Shown: positions 1 to 11,957, numbered from the stretch's first letter. The stretch is DNA of 64,000 nucleotides from an uncultured Alphaproteobacteria bacterium (GCA_902524385.1 CABZCZ010000002.1:38596-102595); one strand, 5' to 3'. The notes: generated by a model not told the origin, from the sequence alone. Made by a program: numbers and translations.

Positions 1-2
1 TT

Positions 3-104
3 GGTTATATGATTGATTGGGGTTACGGAATATCAGTTATATTTCTAATCAGCTCCATTATGATTGTTGTATCATCAATTTTACCTATAATTTATAAAAC
101 ATGA
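3..104 (+). CDS. 3' end of a CDS entering from upstream (partial, hydrophobic C-terminus)
   Basis: Frame 3 is open from the window edge to TGA at 102-104. The tail GYMIDWGYGISVIFLISSIMIVVSSILPIIYKT looks like a TM segment. The stop overlaps the next ATG (ATGA). Confidence 0.4.
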   Translation, partial: GYMIDWGYGISVIFLISSIMIVVSSILPIIYKT

Positions 105-241
105 ATAAACAAATAATGGAGAGTCTTAATTTTTTAATAAAGGAATATAAACGATTAAAAAAGAAAAAAGAAAATAAAAGCATCAGCAGTGGTGAACTAC
201 AAACTTTAAAACAACTTGAACGGTACTTAGGTAAAAAATAA
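101..241 (+). CDS. small 46-aa basic protein, translationally coupled on both sides
   Basis: ATG at 101 overlaps the upstream TGA (ATGA). TAA at 239-241 overlaps the zapE-like ATG (TAATG). Product is MNKQIMESLNFLIKEYKRLKKKKENKSISSGELQTLKQLERYLGKK. It is below the ORF-track size cut-off and no family was recognised. Confidence 0.4.
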   Translation: MNKQIMESLNFLIKEYKRLKKKKENKSISSGELQTLKQLERYLGKK

Positions 242-1275
242 TGTTTAATGTTATCGATCAATACAATAGTTTTGTTGAAAATAATTTTATTAAAAAAAAT
301 AAAGATCAAATTGAATTCTTGAAACAAGCTGACAATGTATGGTCATCATTTAGTAAAACAAAGTTATTTTTTAAGGATAAAATTTTTGAAGGAATTTATC
401 TTTACGGTCAAGTTGGAACAGGAAAAACATTCTTATTAAATTTATTTTATCAAAATACCAAGATTGGAAAAAAAATTCATTTTAATAACTTAATGAATGA
501 AATCCATGAACAAGTTAAAAAATCAGAAAATAAAGAACTTGCAATCGAAAACTATGTAAAAAATTTAAGTAGAGATTTCAAAATAATATTTATTGATGAA
601 TTACATATTTTTAATATTGTTGACGCACTAATAATAAAAAAAATATTTAATTATTTTTCTAAATATAAAATATTTATATTACTGTCGTCAAATTTTCATC
701 CAGATAATTTATATAAAGATGGTTTGCAGAGAAATGACTTTCTGCCATTTATTGATTTAATTAAAAAAAATTTTTTTCTCTATGATATTTGTATTAAAAC
801 TGATTTTCGGCGACAAACATTAAATCAATCAAAGACATATTTCACACCTATAACAACTGACACAACAAATGAATTTGAAAAACTATTTAATCGCTTTGTT
901 GATCCCTTCCATTTAACAACTGTAAAAATTAAATCTAAAAGTCGTGAATTAGAGTTTGATAAATGTACATCAAATCTCATGATGATAGATTTTGAAAATC
1001 TTTGTGAAGTAAATTTTGGGAATGAAGATTATAAAAATATTGCAGATAAATTTAAGTTGGTATTTTTAAAAAATGTTCCTGAATTTAATAATCAGAAAAA
1101 AGATTCGTGTAGAAGATTTATTGGATTAATTGATATGTTATATGAGAATAATTGTTCAATTGTAATTTTAGCGTCAAAACCTATAAATTCATTAAATAAT
1201 ATAAATACTCTAGCAGAAGAATTTAAAAGAACTGCTAGCAGATTATATGAAATGACTATAGTAAAACCAGATTAA
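241..1275 (+). CDS. zapE: AFG1/ZapE-family ATPase
   Basis: Walker A motif LYGQVGTGKTFLLN, Walker B-like IIFIDELH, and the length and layout typical of AFG1-like ATPases. Confidence 0.8.
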   Translation: MFNVIDQYNSFVENNFIKKNKDQIEFLKQADNVWSSFSKTKLFFKDKIFEGIYLYGQVGTGKTFLLNLFYQNTKIGKKIHFNNLMNEIHEQVKKSENKELAIENYVKNLSRDFKIIFIDELHIFNIVDALIIKKIFNYFSKYKIFILLSSNFHPDNLYKDGLQRNDFLPFIDLIKKNFFLYDICIKTDFRRQTLNQSKTYFTPITTDTTNEFEKLFNRFVDPFHLTTVKIKSKSRELEFDKCTSNLMMIDFENLCEVNFGNEDYKNIADKFKLVFLKNVPEFNNQKKDSCRRFIGLIDMLYENNCSIVILASKPINSLNNINTLAEEFKRTASRLYEMTIVKPD

Positions 1276-2261
1276 TGAAATACGTAGTAAGATTTTTAAT
1301 AAGTACAGTAGTTTTATTAATAGTAGTTTATTTTACTGCAGGTTTTTATGTTGCCCATCAAATTTTAAAAATAGATCCAACTTGTGGTTTGCACGAAGGA
1401 TCTCTTCCTAATTCATGGAGTACATTAGTTGATTTACATGAATACACAATTCTTGCACGACAAAAAGTAAGAGAAAATTTTAACTTTAAGGACTATTATT
1501 TAAATGAATGGCAAGATGTATATTTTCAATCTCGTGACTCTGACATCAAGATTAATGGATGGTTGTTTAATTATTTTCCAAATAGACCAATTATAATTGT
1601 TACTCATGGTATAAGTCCTAACGGTAAATGTAAGTCTGAACCCAATCTCATTGCAAGTTTTCTAGTTAACAAAAAGTTTAATGTTCTTACTATAGATTTA
1701 AGAAACTACGGCCAAAGTGATACTGTGAGTAGTTACGATGATTTAGGATTAAAGTCCTATAATGATATTCTCGGTGCATTTGACTTTTTAAAAGAGATTG
1801 GTTTTAAGTCTGATAGTATAGGTTTACATGGTATCTCTCTTGGAGCAAGCACATCTATTTTTGCAGCAAATGCAGAACCAGAAATACTTGCAGTATGGGC
1901 TGATAGTTCATTTGCTGAATTTAATATGGCGTTAAAAGATGAAATAGCAAGATACGGTCTTGAGATAGAATTTGGACCAGCAGTTAGTTTAGCAAGCAGA
2001 ATTTTAACTGGAATAGATCCAAGGGAATTATCTCCATCCAAAAAATTATCAGATAAACAATTCTATTTCTTTATTCACGGAGATTCTGATACAAGAATTT
2101 TAACAAGACATTTTTATTATTTTAAAGAATACACAAAAAAAAATAAAATTAATGCAGATTTTTGGTTAGTAGAAAATGCATATCATGTAGATGCTATGTT
2201 TAAATATCCGGAAATATATTCTAAAAAGATGGAAAATTTTTTTAATAAAAATTTAAAGTAG
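1275..2261 (+). CDS. membrane-anchored alpha/beta hydrolase
   Basis: N-terminal TM helix, nucleophile elbow GISLGAS (GxSxG), and late HGDSD and H residues consistent with a Ser-Asp-His triad. TAATG overlap with zapE. Confidence 0.75.
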   Translation: MKYVVRFLISTVVLLIVVYFTAGFYVAHQILKIDPTCGLHEGSLPNSWSTLVDLHEYTILARQKVRENFNFKDYYLNEWQDVYFQSRDSDIKINGWLFNYFPNRPIIIVTHGISPNGKCKSEPNLIASFLVNKKFNVLTIDLRNYGQSDTVSSYDDLGLKSYNDILGAFDFLKEIGFKSDSIGLHGISLGASTSIFAANAEPEILAVWADSSFAEFNMALKDEIARYGLEIEFGPAVSLASRILTGIDPRELSPSKKLSDKQFYFFIHGDSDTRILTRHFYYFKEYTKKNKINADFWLVENAYHVDAMFKYPEIYSKKMENFFNKNLK

Positions 2262-2397
2262 GCCGGACTCTAAAACTAGTTTGTACCTTGGCAGACACCT
2301 CTCTAGAATAAGAAACTCAACTAATTATCAAACGGCGGGTAAGATAACTAAAATTCTTGGCGTTCCTCCGAAGCTAAGAAACGAGTATTATCCGGCT
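2261..2397 (+). ncRNA. candidate structured RNA element of unknown class
   Basis: GCCGGA (2262-2267) pairs with UCCGGC (2391-2396), extended by CUC/GAG (2268-70 / 2383-85). Inside are two related units, CTTGGC-N(11-16)-TAAGAAAC, at 2287-2316 and 2356-2382. The second folds as a 6-bp hairpin (CUUGGC/GCUAAG) with loop GUUCCUCCGAA. This is the most G+C-rich non-coding patch in a 330-nt intergenic gap. Strand is uncertain. Confidence 0.3.
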
Positions 2398-2592
2398 AAT
2401 CAAAATTAATATTTATCTTTAAAAAATTCAAGATATTTAGTAAAATTAACCGTTAAATTTTAAGGAATTTAATAAAATTTGACACTTTTTATCAACATTT
2501 TAGTGAACATACGTGGTAGTAGGTAGAAAGCTCTCAAATTTTGAAATTTACTACAGAAAATATAAATATAATAAATATAAATATTAATAAAA

Positions 2593-2964
2593 ATGATTGA
2601 TAACAGGCCATTATCCCCACACTTGTCTATCCACAAAAAGGTTCTTACTGCAGTTTTTTCGATAACTCACAGAATGACTGGGATTGGACTTAGCATTGGA
2701 TCTATACTTATTTCTGTCTGGTTCTTACTAATTAGTTTAGGACCAGAATATTTTTTTTATTTTGAAATGATATCTCAAAATATAATTTTTAAACTTGTTC
2801 TTCTAATTTGGACAATAGGTATTTTTTATCATTTATTTAATGGTTGTAGAAAATTGTATTGGTCATTTGGAATAGGAATGGATCTTAAAACTGTTTACAC
2901 CTCAGGTTATATTGTAATTGTTTTAACTGTACTATCTACTTTAGTAGTTTGGTTGATATTATGA
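2593..2964 (+). CDS. sdhC: succinate dehydrogenase cytochrome b556 subunit
   Basis: N-terminal RPLSPHLSIHK signature, three TM helices, first gene of the sdhCDAB order. Confidence 0.9.
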   Translation: MIDNRPLSPHLSIHKKVLTAVFSITHRMTGIGLSIGSILISVWFLLISLGPEYFFYFEMISQNIIFKLVLLIWTIGIFYHLFNGCRKLYWSFGIGMDLKTVYTSGYIVIVLTVLSTLVVWLIL

Positions 2965-3290
2965 AAAACTATGCGTTAAAATGGGTTTTGCAAAGGATCA
3001 CAGCTACAATAATGATACCTTTAACTTTTTGGTTTATTTATTCTGCAATTTCACTATCCAAAATGAGTTATGATGAAATTAATATATTCTTCAACTCATA
3101 TGTTAATTCTCTACTTTTCTATGTAATGATGATTTCCATGCTTCTTCATTCCAAATTAGGCCTACAAACAATAATAGATGATTATGTCACATCGAAAAAA
3201 ATTTCAAAAAATATTAAAGGCGCCCTAAATATAAACGCTTATATGTTGATGATCTTAATAACTGTATTTATAGTAAGAAATATACTCTAA
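2961..3290 (+). CDS. sdhD: succinate dehydrogenase hydrophobic membrane anchor
   Basis: WVLQRITA motif and three TM segments. ATG at 2961 forms an ATGA overlap with the sdhC stop. The ORF track starts at an upstream TTG (2949). Confidence 0.85.
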   Translation: MKNYALKWVLQRITATIMIPLTFWFIYSAISLSKMSYDEINIFFNSYVNSLLFYVMMISMLLHSKLGLQTIIDDYVTSKKISKNIKGALNINAYMLMILITVFIVRNIL

Positions 3291-5086
3291 TGTCCAGAAA
3301 TTCTTATAATATAATTGATCACCACTACGATGTTATAGTAGTAGGTGCAGGAGGTTCAGGTTTAAGAGCTACACTGGGATGCGCTGAATCTGGGTTGAAA
3401 ACAGCATGTATCTCAAAAGTATTTCCAACAAGAAGTCACACTGTAGCAGCTCAAGGCGGTATTGGAGCAGCATTAGGAAATATGGGAGAAGATAATTGGA
3501 AGTGGCATATGTATGATACTGTAAAAGGCTCCGATTGGTTAGGAGATCAAGATGCTATAGAGTATCTCTGCTCAAAAGCCCCCGAAGCAGTTATAGAGTT
3601 AGAAGAATATGGAATGCCATTTAGTAGAACCGATGATGGCAAAATTTATCAAAGACCTTTTGGAGGACATTTAACAGATAATGGTGAAGGCGCTCCTGCA
3701 ATGAGAGCATGTGCAGCAGCAGATAGAACAGGTCACGCTCTTTTACACACGTTGTATCAACAATCACTAAAGAACAACGTTGAATTTTTTATCGAATACT
3801 TTGTTTTAGATTTGATTACAGATGATAATGGTAATTGTATTGGGGCAGTAGCATGGTGTCTGGAAGATGGTTCGATACACCGTTTTTTATCCCACCAAAC
3901 CATTCTAGCCACTGGAGGATATGGAAGAGCATATTTTTCTTCAACTAGTGCCCATATTTGTACAGGTGATGGAAGTGCTATGGCATTGAGACAAGATCTG
4001 CCACTTTCAGATATGGAATTTATTCAGTTCCATCCAACAGGAGTTTATGGAGCCGGAGTTTTAATTACCGAAGGTGCAAGAGGTGAGGGGGGTTACTTAA
4101 CTAACAGTGATGGAGATAGATTTATGGAAAGATATGCTCCTAATGCAAAAGATCTTGCTTCCAGAGATGTTGTTAGTAGAGCTATGACAATAGAAATTAA
4201 TGAAAAGAGAGGTTGTGGTGAAAATGCAGATCACGTTCTACTCCATCTTGAGCATATAGATGCAGACACTATACACAAAAGACTACCTGGTATTTCTGAG
4301 ACTGCAAAAATTTTTGCAGGTGTAGATTTAACAAAAAAACCAATACCAGTTCTACCAACAGTACATTATAATATGGGTGGTATTCCCACAAATTATAGAA
4401 CAGAAGTTCTCAGACCAACGAATGACAATCCTGACAATGTATGTGAAGGTCTTATGGCAGTCGGAGAAGCAGCATGTGTTTCTGTTCATGGCGCTAATAG
4501 ACTAGGAACAAATTCACTAATTGATCTTGTTGTTTTTGGAAAAGCATCAAGTGAAACATGTAAAGAAAAAGTAAAACCTAATTCAAAAAAAATTGAAATT
4601 AGTAAATCTATAACCGAAGGAATTATTGATAGATTTGATAAGATTAGGCATAGCAAAGGAGATTCAACAACTGGGGAATTAAGAACTTCAATGCAACATA
4701 TTATGCAAAAAAAATGTGCTGTATTTAGAACTCATGAATTAATTTCTGATGGTATAAATGAATTCCAAAAAGTTGAAAACTCAATGGACTCAATAGATAT
4801 AAAAGACAGATCACTAATATTTAATACAGATCTTGTAGAGTCTTTAGAATTACATAACTTAATGGCTCAATCAAAAGTTACACTTCATTCTGCTTTAAAC
4901 AGAACTGAGAGTAGAGGAGCACATGCCCGTGAGGATTATCAAGAAAGAGATGATAATAATTGGCTTGTTCACTCATTAGCTTGGCTTAAAGATAATGGGG
5001 ATGTTAATATGGGAAAAAGAGCAGTGCATACAAATACATTAACAAATCATGTACAACCTATTCCGCCAAAAAAACGTGTATATTGA
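3290..5086 (+). CDS. sdhA: succinate dehydrogenase flavoprotein subunit
   Basis: FAD fold [20 protein letters not shown] (covalent FAD His), HPTG and RLGTNSL motifs. Confidence 0.97.
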   Translation: MSRNSYNIIDHHYDVIVVGAGGSGLRATLGCAESGLKTACISKVFPTRSHTVAAQGGIGAALGNMGEDNWKWHMYDTVKGSDWLGDQDAIEYLCSKAPEAVIELEEYGMPFSRTDDGKIYQRPFGGHLTDNGEGAPAMRACAAADRTGHALLHTLYQQSLKNNVEFFIEYFVLDLITDDNGNCIGAVAWCLEDGSIHRFLSHQTILATGGYGRAYFSSTSAHICTGDGSAMALRQDLPLSDMEFIQFHPTGVYGAGVLITEGARGEGGYLTNSDGDRFMERYAPNAKDLASRDVVSRAMTIEINEKRGCGENADHVLLHLEHIDADTIHKRLPGISETAKIFAGVDLTKKPIPVLPTVHYNMGGIPTNYRTEVLRPTNDNPDNVCEGLMAVGEAACVSVHGANRLGTNSLIDLVVFGKASSETCKEKVKPNSKKIEISKSITEGIIDRFDKIRHSKGDSTTGELRTSMQHIMQKKCAVFRTHELISDGINEFQKVENSMDSIDIKDRSLIFNTDLVESLELHNLMAQSKVTLHSALNRTESRGAHAREDYQERDDNNWLVHSLAWLKDNGDVNMGKRAVHTNTLTNHVQPIPPKKRVY

Positions 5087-5880
5087 TGGTACAATTTACT
5101 TTACCCTCTAATTCTAAAATTACAGAGGGAATAAATCATAAAATTAAAGAGCCTAATGAGTCACCAAGAAAATTAGTAATTTATAGATGGGATCCAGAAG
5201 ATAATAAAAATCCTAGGCTTGACACTTATGAAATTGATCAATCAAAATGTGGTCCAATGGTCTTAGACGCATTAATGAAAATTAAAAATGAAATTGATCC
5301 ATCATTAACATTTAGAAGATCTTGTCGTGAGGGAGTTTGCGGCTCGTGTGCAATGAATATTGATGGTATAAATACACTTGCATGTTTGAAAAGTATGTCG
5401 GATGTAAAAAAAGATATACGTATATATCCATTACCGCATATGAAAGTTGTCAAAGATTTAGTCCCTGATTTGAGTAAAGCATATGAGCAGTTGGCTTCAA
5501 TTAAACCATGGCTTGAAAGAAAAAATACAACCAATGGTGTTGCTAAGAGTAATGGTGAAGAAAAAAAACAATCACCAAAAGATAGAGAGAAACTAGATGG
5601 TAAATGGGAGTGTGTATTATGCTTTTGCTGCACTACTTCATGCCCAAGTTATTGGTGGAATGGAGATGAATATTTAGGACCTGCAGTTCTTTTACAAGCA
5701 GCAAGATGGGTAAGTGACTCTAGAGACTCAGAGAGAAAAGAGAGATTAAAAGCAATAAATGATTCATTGAAACTTTATAGATGTCATTCAATAATGAATT
5801 GTACTAGGTCTTGTCCTAAAGGTCTAAATCCAGCTAAAGAAATTGCTGGACTTAAAAAGGCTATTGTTACAGAATTGTAA
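5083..5880 (+). CDS. sdhB: succinate dehydrogenase iron-sulfur subunit
   Basis: Cys clusters [23 protein letters not shown] and [21 protein letters not shown] overlap with sdhA. Confidence 0.97.
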   Translation: MMVQFTLPSNSKITEGINHKIKEPNESPRKLVIYRWDPEDNKNPRLDTYEIDQSKCGPMVLDALMKIKNEIDPSLTFRRSCREGVCGSCAMNIDGINTLACLKSMSDVKKDIRIYPLPHMKVVKDLVPDLSKAYEQLASIKPWLERKNTTNGVAKSNGEEKKQSPKDREKLDGKWECVLCFCCTTSCPSYWWNGDEYLGPAVLLQAARWVSDSRDSERKERLKAINDSLKLYRCHSIMNCTRSCPKGLNPAKEIAGLKKAIVTEL

Positions 5881-5898
5881 TTAAAGTATAAAACTTAA

Positions 5899-6861
<963 letters not shown>

Positions 6862-6902
6862 TTGTATTTTGCATCTAATCTAACTATTACCCTTTTATCA
6901 AA

Positions 6903-8087
6903 ATGAATTTGCATGAATATCAAGCTAAAGATCTACTAAGAAAGTACAACCTACCTATACTTGAGGGTAAAAGTTACATAGAAAATGTTGACGATTTAGA
7001 AAAAGATTTACAAAATATAAAAGGACCACCCTGGGTTATCAAATCACAGATACATGCTGGAGGAAGAGGAGCAGGTAAATTTTTAAAACCATTTAATACA
7101 AAAGGTGGAGTACAAATTACAGAATCAATTGATGATGCACAAAAAATTGCAAAAGGAATGATGGGCAACATATTGTTTACAAAACAAACAGGTAATGAAG
7201 GAAAGTTAGTAAACAGGATCTACTTAGAAGCTGGATGTGAAATTGATAGAGAATATTATTTAAGTATTCTTCTTGATAGGAATCAATCACAATTAATGAT
7301 GATGGTATCTGATGCTGGTGGTGTAGACATAGAAGATGTAGCTGAGAAAACACCAGAAAGAATTCAATATGTTTATTTTGATAACTTAGAAGATTTTACA
7401 ATTAGTGACAGTCTTCAAAATAAATTAAATTTTTCTATTAATGAGTTTAACCAATTTAAAGAAATTGTTTCAAATTTATGTAAGGCCTATGTCGAAATAG
7501 ATGCTTCGTTAATTGAAATTAATCCTCTTGTTGTGACAAAAGATGAAAAACTAATTCTTTTAGATGCTAAAATTAATATTGATGATAATGCTCTGTATAG
7601 ACAGGCTGACATTGAAAAATTAAAAGATACTTCAGAAGAAAATGATTTGGAACTTGAAGCTTCTGAAAACGATATGGTTTACATTAAGCTGGATGGAAAA
7701 ATAGGTTGTATGGTTAATGGAGCTGGACTAGCTATGGCAACCATGGATATTATTAAACAATTTGGAATGGAACCAGCCAATTTTTTAGATTTAGGTGGCA
7801 CAGCAAATAAAGAAAGAGCCATTAAAGCTTTCAAGATTATCCAATCAGATAAAAACGTGAAATCAGTATTTATAAATATTTTTGGAGGAATTATCCATTG
7901 TGACATGATTGCCAATGGTATCATTGATGCAATTAAAGAATTAGAATTTAAACTTCCTGTTGTTGTACGTTTTCAAGGAACAAATTCTAAAGAAGGAAGA
8001 AATATTATAAATAGTTCATCGTTAGGATTAATTTCAATTGATGATTTTTCAAATGCAGCTCAGAAAGCTGTGCAGTTATCAGAATAG
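6903..8087 (+). CDS. sucC: succinyl-CoA synthetase beta subunit
   Basis: [12 protein letters not shown] start, ATP-grasp domain, [15 protein letters not shown] motif. Confidence 0.97.
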   Translation: MNLHEYQAKDLLRKYNLPILEGKSYIENVDDLEKDLQNIKGPPWVIKSQIHAGGRGAGKFLKPFNTKGGVQITESIDDAQKIAKGMMGNILFTKQTGNEGKLVNRIYLEAGCEIDREYYLSILLDRNQSQLMMMVSDAGGVDIEDVAEKTPERIQYVYFDNLEDFTISDSLQNKLNFSINEFNQFKEIVSNLCKAYVEIDASLIEINPLVVTKDEKLILLDAKINIDDNALYRQADIEKLKDTSEENDLELEASENDMVYIKLDGKIGCMVNGAGLAMATMDIIKQFGMEPANFLDLGGTANKERAIKAFKIIQSDKNVKSVFINIFGGIIHCDMIANGIIDAIKELEFKLPVVVRFQGTNSKEGRNIINSSSLGLISIDDFSNAAQKAVQLSE

Positions 8088-8971
8088 TGTCAATTTTAGT
8101 AAATAAAAGTACAAGACTGATTTGCCAAGGCTTTACTGGTTCACAAGGAACATATCATTCTGAACAAGCTATAGCATATGGTACAAACCTTGTTGGTGGT
8201 GTCACACCAGGTAAAGGAGGGCAAACCCATTTAAATTTACCAGTGTTCAATACCGTTGCCGATGCAGTCAAACAAACTGAAGCCAACGCAACAGTTATTT
8301 ACGTTCCTGCTAAGTTTGCTGCAAAAGCAATTCACGAAGCCTTAGATGCAAATATTGAATTAATTGTCTGTATTACAGAGGGTATTCCGGTCTTAGATAT
8401 GATTGATATAAAAAAACGAATTATTAAAAATAAAACATATTTGATTGGACCTAACTGTCCAGGATTAATCACACCTTCTGAATGTAAGATTGGAATCATG
8501 CCTGGCTTCATCCATAAAAAAGGTAAAATAGGAATAGTGAGTAGATCAGGAACATTAACCTACGAAGCTGTGGCACAGACAACAGAGGTAGGATTAGGTC
8601 AATCAACATGTGTCGGTATTGGTGGAGATCCAATACATGGGATGGATTTTGTAGATTGTATAAAGTTATTTTTAGAAGATGATGAGACCGAGGGAATTTT
8701 AATGATTGGCGAAATTGGTGGCGAGGAAGAAGAAAATGCGGCAGTATTTATTTCAAATTCAAAAATAAAAAAACCAGTTTCAGCATTTATAGCTGGACAA
8801 TCTGCCCCAAAAGGAAAGCGTATGGGTCATGCAGGTGCTATCGTTTCGGGCTTAAAAGGTACAGCACAATCTAAAATTAAATCTTTAGAAAATGCTGGAG
8901 TTTTGGTATCAAAATCACCAGCATCATTGGGAAATACAATGAAATTAGCAATGCAAAATGGTAATAATTAG
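8087..8971 (+). CDS. sucD: succinyl-CoA synthetase alpha subunit
   Basis: SRSGTLTYE and the phosphohistidine motif GHAGAIV. GTG start overlaps the sucC stop by 1 nt. Confidence 0.97.
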   Translation: MSILVNKSTRLICQGFTGSQGTYHSEQAIAYGTNLVGGVTPGKGGQTHLNLPVFNTVADAVKQTEANATVIYVPAKFAAKAIHEALDANIELIVCITEGIPVLDMIDIKKRIIKNKTYLIGPNCPGLITPSECKIGIMPGFIHKKGKIGIVSRSGTLTYEAVAQTTEVGLGQSTCVGIGGDPIHGMDFVDCIKLFLEDDETEGILMIGEIGGEEEENAAVFISNSKIKKPVSAFIAGQSAPKGKRMGHAGAIVSGLKGTAQSKIKSLENAGVLVSKSPASLGNTMKLAMQNGNN

Positions 8972-9022
8972 TTTCCATTTGTATGATTGTTATGCGAAAT
9001 AGTTTTAGTTTAATAGAAATCT

Positions 9023-11926
9023 ATGAATAATACTTTCTTAAATAGTGCTAATGCGCCATATGTGGCCGAACTGTATTCTAAATTTCGAAATGATCCTGAA
9101 AGTGTGGACACTACTTGGAAAGATTTTTTTAATAATTTAAATGAAGATGAGTACTCAGTTCTTAAAGATTTTGGAGGACCAGAATGGAAAGAACGTCCAT
9201 CAAATATAATAGATAAAAATTACATAACTAAAGTTATAAAATCAAATGTGAATTACAATTCTGAAGAATTTAGAATTTCAACCTTAGATTCAATTAGAGT
9301 ATTAAGATTAATTAGAGCTTTTAGAATTAATGGACATTTAATTGCAGATCTCGACCCTTTAGGAATATCTGAAAGAGAGTATCCCCAAGAATTAGATTAT
9401 AGAAGTTATGGTTTTAATGAATCAGATTTAGAAAAAGAAATATTTATTGATGGAAGTTTGGGTTTAGAGAAAGGTAAATTAAAAACTATTATAAAAATCC
9501 TAAAAGAAACATATTCTGCTTCTATTGGTGTTGAATTTTTACATATACAACAAGCCAATCAAAAACAATGGGTGCAGGAAAGAATTGAAGAAGTTAGAAA
9601 TAAAACAAATTTTACAAATGAAGGAAAAAAAGCAATCTATAAAAGATTAGTTGAATCAGAACTGTTCGAACAGTTTTTAGATAAAAAGTTTTTAGGCACA
9701 AAGAGATATGGTATCGAAGGTGGTGAAGCTATGATACCAGGGATAGAGCAAATTGTTAAACAGGCATGTTTGTCTGGAATAGAAGATATAATTATTGGAA
9801 CGGCTCATAGAGGAAGACTAACACTTTTATCAAGTATTTTAGAGATGCCTTACAAAAAAATTTTAGCAAAATTTCAAGGCACTTTAAATGACCCAAATGA
9901 AGTACTTGGTTCGGGGGATGTTAAATATCATTTAGGTGTTTCTACTGATCGTGAATTCGAAAAAAAGAAAATTCATTTATCACTCACTCCTAATCCATCA
10001 CATTTAGAAGCAGTTAACCCTGTCGTGGCAGGAAAAGTAAGAGCTAAACAAACTTTAGCCAAAGATAAAACAACAGATAAAGTTATTGGTTTATTAATCC
10101 ATGGAGATGCAGCAATAGCTGGACAAGGAGTAGTAGCTGAAACATTTGCTATGTCACAATTAAGAGGTTTTAAAACAGGTGGTACAATTCACTTTGTAAT
10201 AAACAATCAGATAGGTTTTACAACGATGCCTCAATATGGACGATCAGCACCTTACTGTACTGAAATTGCAAAAATGGTTCAGGCTCCAATATTTCATGTT
10301 AATGGCGATGATCCAGAAGCTGTAGTTCATGTTTGTAGACTTGCAACAGAGTTTAGAAATAAATTCAAAGTCGATGTTGTTATTGATATGTTTTGTTACA
10401 GAAGATCAGGTCATAACGAAGCTGATGAACCTTCTTTTACTCAGCCACTTATGTATAAGGCTATCAAAAAACAAATCACAACAAGAAAAAAATATGAAAA
10501 TAAATTGATTGAAAATAGAACTTTTTCAGAGGGAGAAACTAAAGAAATTGTAGATTCTTTTAAAAACTTTTTAGATAAAGAATTTGAATCAACAAAAAAT
10601 TATAAGCCAAATAAAGTAGATTGGTTAGAGGGAACTTGGACAGGTTTATCTACTGCAACATTTGATGCTAGAAAGGGCAAAACTTCTGTAACAGAAAAAA
10701 CATTAGTTAGTGTAGCTAAAAAAATCCATAATATACCTGCAGATTTCAATGTCCATAGACGAATTAAAAAAATTTATGGAGATAGATTAACAAGTGTAAC
10801 TAAAGGAAAGGGTATCGATTGGGCAACCTCTGAAAGCTTAGCTTTGGCAACACTTTTAGACGAGGGATACGGTGTTCGTATATCTGGTCAAGATGTTGGA
10901 AGAGGCACATTTAGCCATAGACACGGTGTTCTATATGATCAAGTAAACGAAAATCGCTTTGTTCCATTAAGACACTTTCAAAGTAAACAAGGTTACTTTG
11001 AAATTGTAGATAGTTTTTTATCTGAATTTGGTGTTCTAGGTTTTGAATATGGATACTCACAAGTTGATCCTAAAACACTTGTTATTTGGGAAGCGCAGTT
11101 TGGTGATTTTGCAAATGGTGCTCAAATTATGATTGATCAATTTATCAGTTCTGGAGAAAGAAAATGGTTGAGAATGTCTGGTTTAACGATGCTTCTTCCC
11201 CACGGTCATGAGGGACAAGGCCCTGAGCATACAAGTGGAAGATTAGAGAGATTTTTACAAATGTGTGCAGAAGATAATATGCAAATTGTTAATTGCACTA
11301 GTCCCGCAAATTATTTTCATGTTTTAAGAAGGCAACTACATAGAAACTTTAGGAAACCCTTAATTATATTTACACCAAAATCCACACTTAGACATAAATC
11401 TAATGTTTCAAATATTGAGGATTATATTAATGGGTCAACCTTTCATAGAATTCTTACTGATAAATTATTAGTTAAAGACAAAAAGAAAAATAAAAGATTA
11501 ATAATTTGTTCTGGTAAAATATATTTTGAATTAGCAGATTATATTGCAAATAATAAAGTTAAAAATCTTTCAATAGTTAGATTGGAGCAGATTTATCCAT
11601 TTCCTTATGAAAACTTCAGAGATGAATTAAAATATTATACGGATGCTGAAATTATCTGGGTACAAGAGGAACCAAAAAATATGGGTGCTTGGGGATTTGT
11701 GAAAGGTAGATTGGAAAGTGTTATGCAGGAAGTTAATGTTAAACAAGAGAAAATATACTACGTTGGTAGAAGTCCGGCTGCTTCTCCAGCCGCTGGTTCT
11801 TTAGAAAGACACTTAAGTAACCAAGAAACTATTATAAAAATGGCAACTGAAGATTCAATTAGCAAAATTATCAAATCTTGGGCAGGTATTTCAACAAAAT
11901 TAAAGACTAATCTGCCAATTGAATAA
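9023..11926 (+). CDS. sucA: 2-oxoglutarate dehydrogenase E1 component
   Basis: 967 aa with HRGRLTLL, GDVKYHLG, and the ThDP-binding and transketolase-like regions typical of SucA. Confidence 0.97.
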   Translation: MNNTFLNSANAPYVAELYSKFRNDPESVDTTWKDFFNNLNEDEYSVLKDFGGPEWKERPSNIIDKNYITKVIKSNVNYNSEEFRISTLDSIRVLRLIRAFRINGHLIADLDPLGISEREYPQELDYRSYGFNESDLEKEIFIDGSLGLEKGKLKTIIKILKETYSASIGVEFLHIQQANQKQWVQERIEEVRNKTNFTNEGKKAIYKRLVESELFEQFLDKKFLGTKRYGIEGGEAMIPGIEQIVKQACLSGIEDIIIGTAHRGRLTLLSSILEMPYKKILAKFQGTLNDPNEVLGSGDVKYHLGVSTDREFEKKKIHLSLTPNPSHLEAVNPVVAGKVRAKQTLAKDKTTDKVIGLLIHGDAAIAGQGVVAETFAMSQLRGFKTGGTIHFVINNQIGFTTMPQYGRSAPYCTEIAKMVQAPIFHVNGDDPEAVVHVCRLATEFRNKFKVDVVIDMFCYRRSGHNEADEPSFTQPLMYKAIKKQITTRKKYENKLIENRTFSEGETKEIVDSFKNFLDKEFESTKNYKPNKVDWLEGTWTGLSTATFDARKGKTSVTEKTLVSVAKKIHNIPADFNVHRRIKKIYGDRLTSVTKGKGIDWATSESLALATLLDEGYGVRISGQDVGRGTFSHRHGVLYDQVNENRFVPLRHFQSKQGYFEIVDSFLSEFGVLGFEYGYSQVDPKTLVIWEAQFGDFANGAQIMIDQFISSGERKWLRMSGLTMLLPHGHEGQGPEHTSGRLERFLQMCAEDNMQIVNCTSPANYFHVLRRQLHRNFRKPLIIFTPKSTLRHKSNVSNIEDYINGSTFHRILTDKLLVKDKKKNKRLIICSGKIYFELADYIANNKVKNLSIVRLEQIYPFPYENFRDELKYYTDAEIIWVQEEPKNMGAWGFVKGRLESVMQEVNVKQEKIYYVGRSPAASPAAGSLERHLSNQETIIKMATEDSISKIIKSWAGISTKLKTNLPIE

Positions 11927-11957
11927 ATTGACGTAAATGTTATTAAGCATTTAATTA

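Noticed and set aside
85-327. 80-aa minus-strand ORF spanning the start of zapE
   Set aside because: It is a low-complexity F/I/K-rich translation antisense to a well-supported + strand gene and to the coupled small ORF. This is a typical shadow ORF in A+T-rich DNA.
2261-2397. Identification of the structured element as SRP (4.5S) RNA, a glycine riboswitch, a guanidine/ykkC or ZTP riboswitch, tmRNA or RNase P RNA
   Set aside because: There are partial look-alikes: minus-strand GCUUCGGAGGAACGCCAAG versus SRP helix 8, CCGAAG versus the glycine core, and ACGGCGGGUAAG versus ykkC. None fits, because the hairpin is not central as in 4.5S RNA, and the conserved cores (GGAGAG..ACCGAAGGGGCAA; GGGA..CCGGGAG; a tag-peptide frame; GAGGAAAGUCC) are absent.
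5238-5633. 131-aa antisense ORF inside sdhB, together with similar antisense ORFs at 1757-2041, 6974-7171, 7679-7924, 11758-11997, 12110-12355, 13335-13631, 19603-20142, 20867-21403, 21663-21860, 30622-30831, 40815-41045, 43034-43855, 46615-46800, 49996-50181, 60553-60738, 61699-61896, 62098-62361 and 63186-63431
   Set aside because: All lie wholly within, and antisense to, genes with strong family signatures. They have no motifs of their own and are interpreted as frame shadows.
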